From: Octopus vulgaris
Lineage: Eukaryota
Reading direction: 5' to 3'
Length of the DNA stretch: 64,000 nt
NCBI GenBank assembly: GCA_951406725.2
Contig: OX597819.1
Location: forward strand, 36,208,001-36,272,000
Part shown: piece by piece, positions 43,066 to 55,460 of the stretch
Position numbering within the stretch: the stretch's first letter is position 1
Layout of the letters: every line of letters begins with the position of its first letter
Program-made: the position numbers and the translations under genes
The notes under the pieces: generated by a model
Database searches by the model: none
What the model was told of the DNA's origin: nothing
The model's input: the letters and a program-made list of their open reading frames with translations, nothing else

Positions 43066-45436
43066 TGTGTGGTAAGAAGCTTGCTTCCCAACCACATGGT
43101 TTCAGGTTCACTACCACTGTGTGGCAAGTATCTTCTACTATAACTTAGGCAGACCAAAGCCTTGTTACTGGATCTAGTAGACAGAAACTCAATGAATCCT
43201 GTAGTATATGTATATGTGTGTGTGTGTGTGTTCACGCGCACGCGTGTGTGTGTGTATGCATGTGTTGTGCGTGTGTGTGTCTTTGTGTCTCTGTTTGTCC
43301 ACCCCATCACTGCTTGATGACCAGTGTTGGTGTGCTTATGTCCTCATAACTTAGCAGTTCAGCAAAAAAGACCAATGGAATAAGTACCAGGCTTAAAAAA
43401 AGAAAAAAAAAAGAAACTACTGAAGTCAGTTCATTCAACAAAAAAATTCTTCAAGGCAGTGCCCTAGCATGGTCGCAATCTAATGACTGAAACAAATAAA
43501 AGATAAAAGATTTAAATAATGATTACTGTGATGATGATGATGATGATGAAGGAGCCAAACAAATTTAATTTCAAATTGAAAAACAACTGAAAGCTATGGA
43601 AACAGACAGCAACAATGAAAATTAAAAATTTGTTTCTTACAGTAATTTACTGTTCCTTTCAAGATGTAACAAGTAACGCGGGATCCAATATGTTCGAAGT
43701 CTTCGCAAGACATCATACTGAGTCTGGACAAAAATTGTATGACTCAGACTAACATTATTTACAGACTTTTGAATTTGGTCCTTAGCTTCTTTTGTCAGAC
43801 TCATCTTATATTTATCTTGAATATCTCTGAAATGTTATTTCATAAATAAGGGAAAAAAAAATAGAAAAATTATTCAAAGGTAACAAAAGTAAGAAAAAAA
43901 AAATTTTAGATAGCTTCACGCATAACTTTTAAGTATATATAAGTTTTATTTTCTATTCACTAACCTATTTTTTTACCTGACTACCTGTTGTTGTTGTTGT
44001 TGTGTAGTAGTCATCGTAGTAATAGTAGTTCAGACCTATTTGAGCAATCCCAAAGAAGGGGAAGCATGTGGCTTAGCGGTTAAGGTGTTGGACTCTTAAT
44101 CATAAGATCATGGTTTTGATTTCTGTACTGGGCAATGCATTGTGTTCTTGAGAAAAACATTTCATTTCACAGTGCCTCTAGTCCACTCAGCTGGCAGAAA
44201 TGAGTAATCCTGTGATGGACTAGCATCCCATCCAGGTGGAGAACTTATACACCATGAAACCAGGACACCGACCGTAATGAATCAGCATGACTCGAGAAGG
44301 TAACTTAGAACTTAGATGGAATGTAAGACATTTAACAAATAATCTTGCCATTCACATCTTGCTTCCACCTATCTGAAAAATCATACTGCACATTTTAGCA
44401 TGCTTTATGAATTGCATAGAGTGCAACGTAACACTCTGTGTGGAGGCACATAGCCTAGTGGTTAGAGAATCAGACTCACGGTCGAGGGATCGCGGGTTCG
44501 AATCTCAGACCGGGCGATGTGTGTGTTTATGAGCGAAAATACCTAAGCTCCATGCAGCTCCGGCAGAAGGTAATGGCAAACTTCTGCTGACTCTTTCGCC
44601 ACAACTTTCTCTCACTCTTTCCTCCTGCATCTTGCAGCTCACTGCGACGGACTGGCGTCCTGTCCAGGTGGGGAACCTATACGCCAAGGAAACCAGGAAA
44701 GTGGCCCATATGAGCCACGCATGGCTCGAGAAGGAACAAACAACAAAAACAATGTAACAGTCTAGACATATTGTACTCTCTCAACTGCACAGTCTGTTTC
44801 TACATTGCCATCAGCTCAGGTGGTGGCCGTAGTGGAAACTAGCAAAGAATTCAATGGTATATCTATTGTTGGTGATGAGTGTCCCAGCACTGTGTTTGGA
44901 TCAAGTGAGGCTATTGATGCTGCAACTGTTTCTGTGTGTTTTTGTTCTTTTATGCTTGATCAAGTCGAGTGACACAGATTGTATTGTTAAGGATGATGTT
45001 ATTGTAGTGATCTTTGTGTTTGTCTCCAGTCCCACTGCTGGAAAACCGGTGCTGGTTTGTTTATGTCCTCCATAAGTTAGCAGTTTAGTGAAAGAGACTG
45101 ATTGACGAAAAAGTATCAGACTAAATAACCAAGTATTGGGGTTGCATTGTTCAATTAACCGTTTAGTGTTCAGATTATTCTGTCAGATGTGATGTTTGTT
45201 TATTTATATTGTTTTGAATTAATCATGCATTATCTTGTAGTTTAGAGATTTCAATGATGTGATTTTTTAGTTTTAGAATGACATGGTAGGTCTGAGGTGA
45301 GAGGCGAGATCTGGTCATTTTCAATATAAAACAGGTTAAATATTTTGGCCTGATATGGCTGGTTTGAATGCTAAAGGGTTAAACACATTAAGGCCATGCT
45401 CCAGCCTGGCCACAGTTAAATGACTGAAACAAGTAT

Positions 45437-45467
<31 letters not shown>

Positions 45468-47682
45468 TTAATTACAATTATTTAAAAAGGAATGTTATTA
45501 CTCCATTTTCACAAACCTGAACAGCTGGTTTCTTTTTTGAATGTTCACACTGTCAATGTATTCCTCCATTGTGTCCTTAAATTCTTCACAATCAAGCCAG
45601 AAATTATATAAGTGTATACCAGCAGTGTGTGTCAAGAACTGCTTAAATGCTTTCATTCCTCTGTGCTATCAAAATAAATTAACATTATAGCAATTTCAGT
45701 GATTGTTGAAGTAAAAAAAAAACTATATTCTGAAGGACAACGAGTCTTACATAGCATAACAATTTCAGAAAAAAATGTTCCGATCATCATCATTACCATT
45801 CTGTTTGCTTTCCATGCTGGCATGTTTAGGATGGTTAAACAGGATTCAACAAGTTAGAAGACCACATCTTGTTTCACTCTTTCATTTTTGGCATGATTTT
45901 TATGGTTGGGTGCCCTTCTTAAACCCAGCCATTTATTCAGGGCATTTTTTCATGGTCCCAACACAAAGCAAACAGCTACAGAACAACCAAAGAAAGAGGA
46001 ACACAAGTCCATAATATGATACCTTTTATAGTGACATACAATCCATGCCATCAAAATATCTTTATCATCACCAAATCAAACTTGTGTATCTTCAGGCAAA
46101 GAAATGAATGAAAAGATTTAATTACTGATCGAATACTTGTTCAAAGTAAAAGGTAACTCGAAAACTTGAAGGAATTGTTGAAAAAATCAAAATTTGACCT
46201 AAACAAACAATGATAATATGGACATTTGTTGTGGAAATATCAATTTATACATACTGGTCAGCATACCATCAGAAAAATGAAGAAAGAATATTTCCAAATA
46301 CAGATATAACCTATAAAAACAGAAATCTGATTTTTGGAAAGAATGCTAAAATTGTGAAGAAATATATATTGCAGAAACATTTCTCAAACACCAACTCACT
46401 GCTTAGAAATTGAACCTGAATAACTGTATTCACCTAACAGAAGCAGGATGTTGTCCAAGATTGATGACATCAACAAAGAACTGACCATTCAAATCAATAG
46501 ACACAGTAGAAAGATTTGGTAGATAGAAACTGAAAGATGTTTATGTGTGTGTGTGTGTGTGCATATGTAAGTGGGTGAGTGGGTGTCTCCTTGAATTGAT
46601 AGAGGGCAATAGTTGTAAATGGACACCATCATCATACAAGTGGTTTGGATTGTTTTCATTCATAAGTGAAAATATATCCACCCACAGGGAAATATTACCT
46701 TGCTTGGAAACAGGTGAGGGTTAGCAACCGGAAGAGCATCTAGCCATAGAAAATCTGCCTCAATGAATTCCCTGTCCCACACAAATATCGAAAAATGGAT
46801 AATAAAAGGAGAATGATGATGATAAATATAAGGATCATGAGTTTATTTTGCAGTTATTTCAAGAACTTGAGTTTGAGTTGTAGTACTTGTCCCATTCCAG
46901 TCATAATAGAGCAGATATTCATTGTCAATGGGAGTTTATTCAGATAAGTGATGAACTGGTAGACTTATTAGGGTGTTGGTTACAGTGCTTTGTAGAATTC
47001 TTTCCTGCACTGATTTTAAATCCCATAGAGGTGAAATTTATTTTTTCATCCTTTTGAGCTTGATAAAGTACGGCAGAGTCATCATCATCGTGATGAAGAT
47101 GATGAGGATGTCCATGCTTGCATGGATTGGATACAGATTATCGAGGCAGTTATTTTATGGCAGGATGCCCTTCCTGTTGCCAACTCTTAGCTGTTTCCAA
47201 GCAAGATAATATTTTCTTGTAGTGAGACATGTTTCTACAGAATATTAGAAATGGATGACATTCATCTACAACCACACACGATATCCAGACAAGGAGATAC
47301 AAACATAAACACATACACACACATGTGCATGTGTGCACACATACACATACATACACATACGATAGGCTTCTTTCAGTTTCTGTCTACCAAATCCACTTAC
47401 AAGGTTTTGGTCAGCCTGAGGCTATAGTGGAAGTAGTAGAAGGAACTTGTCCAAGGTGTCACACAGTGGACTGAACCTGGAACCATGTGGTTGGGAAGTT
47501 AATGTCTTACCACATAACCATGCCCACTCCTACATATATATATATATATATCACCGTGATCACCGTGACCAACCAGGCTATCAGATGTTGCTACACATCG
47601 CTGGTCACAATGCGCTTCGCACTGTTTTAGCCTTCAAATGATCCCACCCCGCTGGCTAAGCGAGCAGGCCAATATATATATG

Positions 47683-47714
<32 letters not shown>

Positions 47715-47950
47715 TATACATTCAAAATGTGACCTCGTGTGTACCGTTGGCGCTTTTTTTCCTCCGTCTTCCCTTCTTTGGATCTTTCCTTTTCCTATGT
47801 TTCTGACGAAGAGCTCTGCTCAAAACATTAAATCCTCCTTCTTTCATGAGCAACCAATAATACTATACTTGTTCCACGTCCTCGTGTTGTTGTGTTTTCT
47901 CTTTGTGTTTTCATGTTTGGATTAACTATATATATATATATCTATATCTA

Positions 47951-48006
<56 letters not shown>

Positions 48007-48831
48007 AATTGAGATAGGGGTTGTAAATGCAACCCTCCAAGGGATAACATATATCCAATATACTGCTAGTGAAGTACCCAACAAAGTTAATACATAAATG
48101 TTAAGAATTGCGATGCAATTAATTCATTTACTGTATTATATGGGCAAAGGTAAAATGTTTTACCACAAATTCATAATACAAAATAAGAAAATGGAGAAAT
48201 ACATCCAAATCAAATATCAACTACCAGATAATACTCAATCACATACTTTATTAAACCACCACATAAGAAACTTTAAGGTCAAACATAATAATATAGGACA
48301 AAACAGTGTACATAAAGAAGTGTACATAAAGGAGTAATATGATACAATAAGTACAATATGTATAAGAGAATATAAATATAAATAAATATAAATATAAATA
48401 TAAACTACATCTTACAGCTTTTGCCATGCAGGTAAGTATGTCTCATTTTACTTGGCTAATATAAGTAAAATGAGACATACTTATCTGCATGGCCGAAACA
48501 GCTGTAAGATGTAGTTTATATTTATATCTATATTTATTTATATTTATATTCTCTTATACATATTGTACTTATTGTATCATATTACTCCTTTATGTACACT
48601 GTTTTGTTCTATATTATTATGTTTGACCTTAAAGTTTCTTATGTGGTGGTTTAATAAAGTATGTGATTGGGTATTATCTGGTAGTTGATATTTGATTTGG
48701 ATGTATTTCTCCATTTTCTTATTTTGTATATATATATCATCATCATCATCGTTTAGCGTCCGGTTTCCATGCTAGCATGGGTTGGACGGTTCAAACGGGG
48801 TCTGGGAAGCCAGAAGGCTGCACCAGACCCA

Positions 48832-48876
<45 letters not shown>

Positions 48877-51800
48877 TATAATTAGGGCTTAGTAAAATAA
48901 ATTACTTTGCCACATACTGAACTTAGTAGAAATAGCAGCCAAAAAAAATTTTCTTAGCATTTCTACTACTTAAAGAAAATTTCTCTCAGATAATGTTTAC
49001 TCCAGACAGCTCACGAAGGTTTGGGGGTAAATACAGAAAAATATCACAAGTACATAGATCGTTTGAGTACGTCAACGTTTCAAGATTAGCCAAATAAAAT
49101 CAGCATTTCTTTCGTCAGCTCAAAATTTCTTAATTTGGATTTGGAAACACTAAAAAGAAGGAACTTTACCTATCAGCGAACTTGTCGCTTCAGATGAACC
49201 ACTCCAACTAACAGTGTCAACAAATTCAAAATGCGCAGGCATAAAATTCTGCACTCCCCATTCCACCCACGTGGTCTATCTAGCAAACATCATATTTTAA
49301 CCGCGAGAACCGAGGCAGTATGACCGAGAGAAATGAATTATAATATCAACAATTGAGGGTAAAATTAATTAATTAATCAATTTCACCAAGTGTTCAGTAT
49401 GTAAAAGGACCATTTAAGGTGAATTCAAAATATTACATTATATAATTAGGGCTTAGTAAAATAAATTACTTTGCCACATACTGAACTTAGTAGAAATAGC
49501 AGCCAAAAAAAATTTTCTTAGCATTTCTACTACTTAAAGAAAATTTCTCTCAGATAATGTTTACTCCAGACAGCTCACGAAGGTCTGGGGGTAAATACAG
49601 AAAAATATCACAAGTACATAGATTGTTTGAGTACGTCAACGTTTCAAGATTAGCCAAATAAAATCAGCATTTCTTTCGTCAGCTCAAAATTTCTTAATTT
49701 TGATTTGGAAACACTAAAAAGAAGGAACTTTACCTATCAGCGAACTTGTCGCTTCAGATGAACCACTCCAACTAACAGTGTCAACAAATTCAAAATGCGC
49801 AGGCATAAAATTCTGCACTCCCCATTCCACCCTGGCAAAGTAATTTATTTTACTAAGCCCTAATTATATAATGTAATATTTTGAATTCGCCTTAAATGGT
49901 CCTTTTACATACTGAACACTTGGTGAAATTGATTAATGAATTAATTTTACCCTCAATTGTTGATATTATAATTCATTTCTCTCGGTCATACTGCCTCGGT
50001 TCTCGCGGTTAAAATATGATGTTTGCTAGATAGACCACGTGGGTGGAATGGGGAGTGCAGAATTTTATGCCTGCGCATTTTGAATTTGTTGACACTGTTA
50101 GTTGGAGTGGTTCATCTGAAGCGACAAGTTCGCTGATAGGTAAAGTTCCTTCTTTTTAGTGTTTCCAAATCCAAATTAAGAAATTTTGAGCTGACGAAAG
50201 AAATGCTGATTTTATTTGGCTAATCTTGAAACGTTGACGTACTCAAACGATCTATGTACTTGTGATATTTTTCTGTATTTACCCCCAAACCTTCGTGAGC
50301 TGTCTGGAGTAAACATTATCTGAGAGAAATTTTCTTTAAGTAGTAGAAATGCTAAGAAAATTTTTTTTGGCTGCTATTTCTACTAAGTTCAGTATGTGGC
50401 AAAGTAATTTATTTTACTAAGCCCTAATTATATAATGTAATATTTTGAATTCGCCTTAAATGGTCCTTTTACATACTGAACACTTGGTGAAATTGATTAA
50501 TTAATTAATTTTACCCTCAATTGTTGATATATATACATATATATATTTATGAGGGCTTCATTCAGTTTTTATTCTACTAAATCTACTCAAAAGCCTTTGA
50601 TGTATTTGCAAAATTGTCAGAGCATCAGACAAGATGCTTTATGGCATCTGCCCAGTTCCTTGTGCTTTGAATTCAAATTCAGCCCTGACTACCCACCCAT
50701 GACAGTACCCCCATATAACCTGCAGTTAGCTAGAATGGGCAGTTTGTTCTACAAGCAGCATAAATGAACTGATGGTAATATGCTGAAGCTTTATCCAATT
50801 GTGGATATATAAAACAGCTGAATGATAATGACTTTACTCTCTTTAATATTGTCTTTTTTTAGGTTTCTTTTTATAAAGAAATAATTTATTGAGATAGAAA
50901 TTTAAATGCTGTTATACTAGGCTTCTTCGAAGAAAAATAGTGAACTTGTAATTAAAATGTTATAAGTCTCGTGTAGTTGTTTAAGCAATTACTTATGTGA
51001 ATGAGGTCAGAGATTCTTAAAAAATAGCAGTGCTTATACAAGTTCATTCGAATAAGCTGTATTGGTAATCTTTTACCTTGTGACTCACAATCTTACTTCT
51101 TCTTCAACATAAATGAGTTTGTGTATTGTAATGAAAATTTATGTCTGTTGTTGAGAGTAATTTAACGATGCAATAACAGAAGCTACTTTAACAATACTGA
51201 CACAATGTAGACCTATTTCTCAATAAATTGAAGAAACTTGATTTATATCAGGAGACATAACATAAACATAAAATACTTATTAAAAAAAAAAACTGAAAAG
51301 AGAATCTAATTTCTTGACCAAATAAACAATGTTTGTTTTGATAGAAACTAATAATTACAAGAGCTATCTAACTTGATACAAATGGATAAAGTAGTATCTT
51401 AAGGTTATCAATTATTTATGTCATATACGGAGCTGTTGTAAAGCTTCCCACACTGAGATTTTTATGCAATATATATGACATGTGGAGGCGCAATGGCCCA
51501 GTGGTTAGGGCAGCGGACACATGGTCGTAGGATCGTGGTTTCGATTCCCAGACCGGGCGTTGTGAGTGTTTATTGAGCGAAAACACCTAAAGCTCCACGA
51601 GGCTCCAGCAGGGGCTGGTGGCGATCCCTGCTGTACTCTTTCGCCACAACTTTCTCTCACTCTTACTTCTATAGGCCTGCTCACTTAGCCAGTGGGGTGG
51701 CATCATTCGAAGGCTAAAACAATGCGAAGTGCATTGTGACCAGCGATGTGTAGCAACATCCGATTGCCTGGTCAGTCACGGTGATCATGGTGATATATGA

Positions 51801-54522
51801 CTAATCAAACACAGGAAGTGCATGTCATGCATTTTGAGAATTTTATACTTTCAGTTGGACTCTACTGATAAATATTTTTCTTTATTAGAAATCTCCTTAC
51901 AAAGGCTTCCAGGGGAAATCAATTGCTGGCAACACTACAACGCAGGATCGAAGGAAGAGTTATCATGCATGTGATTGGTGTTGAAATCTTCACATAAAGC
52001 AACACTTGGTAGGTAGTATGAATTAGGTTGACAATCAATAAAGTATCAGGACAATTGCTATGAGTTCAAACACGTCTCATTGTACTTCTAAATAGGATAG
52101 TTAACTCTACTTCAAAACAATTCTCGGATCTTTTCGGTTTGACCGGCAGTTTTTTCTAGCAGTGTCATATGAAATTGTCACCCATAATTATGACTCTAGT
52201 ATCGATCTATTGCATTTCAATCTATTTTAGGGTTAGGATTAGAGTTACGGTTAGTTAGGGTTAGGGTTAGGGGTGGGGGGAAGGGTATCTTTTTTTCTTC
52301 ACAAATGTAAATAAACCCAATCTGTTTCTTAAACGAGAGACATATTCATACGGCACAGAATGTTTTTTTACCTCAATAGACGTCATTGATTGGTTGAAAT
52401 TGCAGAAATTGAAGAAAAAAACCCAACAAATATCTTACAAACAATAGAATTTTCTCAATAAAGCCAAGAGAAAAAGATGTTTTATAAACACATTCTACCA
52501 GTATACGAAGTTTAAAAGGGTTTAGTTACATGGAAGTTATTTTTAAAAACTGCCGGTCAAAACGAAAAGATCCCAATTCTCTAGATCACCATATACTAAC
52601 ATTTGGAATAAAACTTGGAAACAACAGTGGTGTTAAAGTTACTACAATTTAGTATTTTTTTAAAACACGAATCGCAGTTTTTTTAAGCTGTCATTATGAT
52701 CTTGGATTCAATAGTGTGTTCTTAACAATTGTTACATCCTCGTGTGAGCTAATTTGTACATCAGTGTTTGATAACTGTTCAGAACGTGTTCAAAATGTTC
52801 CTGCTGTATCAGCAACATAAATATTTAAAACAAATCATATTGTAGAATTTTCAATATGTGTATTTTTTTTTACTTGTTTCATTCAGTCATTTGACTGTGG
52901 CCATGCTGGAGCACCGCCTTTAGTCAAGCAAATCGACCCCAGGACTTATTCTTTGGAAGCCCTAGTACTTATTCTATTGGTCTCTTTTGTGGAACTGCTA
53001 AGTTATGAGGACGTATACACACCAGCATCGGTTGTGACAGGAGGGAGGTCGATTTAGATGATGCTTCCCCTCTTTGCAGGTTATCTGAAAGGCTTCCTCA
53101 CAGTTTCCATCAACCCAATTTTATTTATACAGCCTTGACCAACCTGAGGCTGTAGTTGAAGATATTTGTCTAAAGTGCTGCACAGCAAGATGAAACCTGA
53201 AACCATATCATTTCACAGTAAACTTGTTAACCTCACAACCATGGAACTTATCTCAATTCCTTACAGAATGAATGAAGAATGGATGTAAGATTAATGTAAG
53301 GTTAATGTAGGATTAATGTATGATTAGTGTAGATTTTCATTTGTTTACTCATTCTTATCAAACTAACTTCCTTTGTAGAATCAATATCAGTAATATTACT
53401 TTAAACCTGTCTTTCATTTCTTTTATCACTGGAAGACTGCCTAAACTAAGAACTCTGTCTTTACGGTTGTTTGGTTTGCATGCAACTGCTTTACAACATT
53501 TTGAAATTTCAGTGACTTTGCCTTCTTTCTATAGTACACAATGCTTTGAAAATTTAAACCTAATCTGCATCAACCTCTTATTTCTTTATTGCCCACAAGG
53601 GGCTAAACATAGAGGGGACAAACAAGGACAGACACACGGATTAAGTCGATTACATCGACCCCAGTGCGTAACTGGTACTTAATTTATTGACCCCGAAAGG
53701 ATGAAAGGCAAAGTCGACTCAGAACGTAATGACAGACGAAATACCTATTTCTTTACTACCCACAAGGGGCTAAACACAGAAGGGACAAACAAGGACAGAC
53801 AAACGGATTAAGTCGATTATATCGACCCCAGTGCGTAACTGGTACTTAATTTATCGATCCCGAAAGGATGAAAGGTAAAGTCGACCTCTTACTGATTGGT
53901 CAGTTAGTCACCATTATTGTTTTAGAGAATTATATAGGTCCTGCACCAAACTTATTCTAATATTTTATACATGAGTTAAGCAAGCAGAATCATTTCCACA
54001 CTGGGCAAAATGCTTAGTGGTATTTCACCCATTTTACATTCTGAGTTCTAGTTCTGCCAAGGTCGACTTTACCTTTCACCCTTTTGGGGTCGATAAAATA
54101 AGTATCAATTGAATACTAGGGTTGATATAATTGACTATCCCACTCAACGGAAATTGCTGACTTTGTGCCAAAATTTGAAACCAATATTATATAAATGTGT
54201 TTTTTTGCTGTCTTTGATTGAGTATATACAATTTGGCAATGTCTATTTTTGGAGCCAATATTATATTGTTGAAAACAATTAGGTATGAGGCTAAACTCAC
54301 AGACATGAGTGACCATGTAAATATGTGTCTCCCTGCCTTTATATTTATCTATTTATATCTTACATATGTACAAAGGTGTACATATATCTCTAATGAGACA
54401 TATGTAAAGCCAAGTGCTTTATGGACTTGAAACCCTAGGTAACCCTATGAGACAGCCATTACTATATTACTCTCCTGCCCTATAACTTAGAGTGTTTCTC
54501 TTTTGGATTTATGATTTACTGA

Positions 54523-54567
<45 letters not shown>

Positions 54568-54863
54568 GAGGCGCAATGGCCCAGTGGTACAGGCAGCAGA
54601 CTCGCGGTCGTAGGATCCCGGTTTTGATTCCCGGACCAAGCGTTGTGAGTGTTTATTGAGCGAAAACACCTAAAGCTCCACGAGGCTCCGGCAGGGGGTG
54701 GTGGTGATCCCTGCTGTACTCTTTCGCTACAACTTTCTCTCACTCTTTCTTCTGTTGGCCTGCTCGCTTAGCCAGCGAGGTGGCGTCCTTTGAAGGCTAA
54801 AACAATGCTAAGCGCATTGTGACCACCGATGTGTAGCAACATCTGATAGCCTGGTCGATCACG

Positions 54864-54908
<45 letters not shown>

Positions 54909-55422
54909 CACAGAATGCAACAGACTTATTTTCCAAGGCACGTAAAAGTACCCACTGCACTCTTGGAGTGGTTGGCGTTAGGAAGGGCATCCAGCTGTAG
55001 AAACTCTGCCAAATCAAGATTGGAGCCTGGCACAGCCATCTGGTTCGCCAGTCCTCAGTCAAATCATCCAACCCATGCTAGCATGGAAAGCGGACATTAA
55101 ACGATGATGATGATGATGATGATATATATACCATCAGTAAATCATAAATCCAAAAGAGAAACACTCTAAGTTATAGGGTAGGAGAGTATTTGAATAAAGA
55201 TAGCAATGGCTGTCTCATAGAGTGTTAGGTGTGGTGTACAGAAATTGAATATTGAGAGAAAAAGTTGTCAGAATTTTGGAAAAAAAAAATTTTATTTCTT
55301 CATTTGTTTCTCGAACTTGTCAAATAGAATTCTATTTGACAAGTTCACGAAACAAACAAAAGCGCTAATAATAATGAAGAAATAAAAAGATTTTTTTTTC
55401 CAAAATTCTGATGACTTCTTCT

Positions 55423-55460
<38 letters not shown>

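Larger units (their letters stand above)
48877..50530. mobile_element. Retrozyme-like / Penelope-dependent non-autonomous array: 564-bp unit, about 1.7 direct and 1.2 inverted copies
   Basis: attagggcttagt recurs at 48881 and 49445 (period 564); strand switch at 49832/49833; (TA)n on both sides; no ORF of 60 aa or more in the track; only a handful of differences between copies. Confidence 0.8.

Noticed and set aside
50745-53560. Non-repetitive-looking stretch that might be coding
   Set aside because: No sustained frame, recognisable motif or phase-0 exon found; exons 56925 and 45665 join directly.
55349-55420. GAAAC and CTGATGA in the right arm of the 55.3-kb palindrome
   Set aside because: The required stems do not pair, so no hammerhead can be folded.
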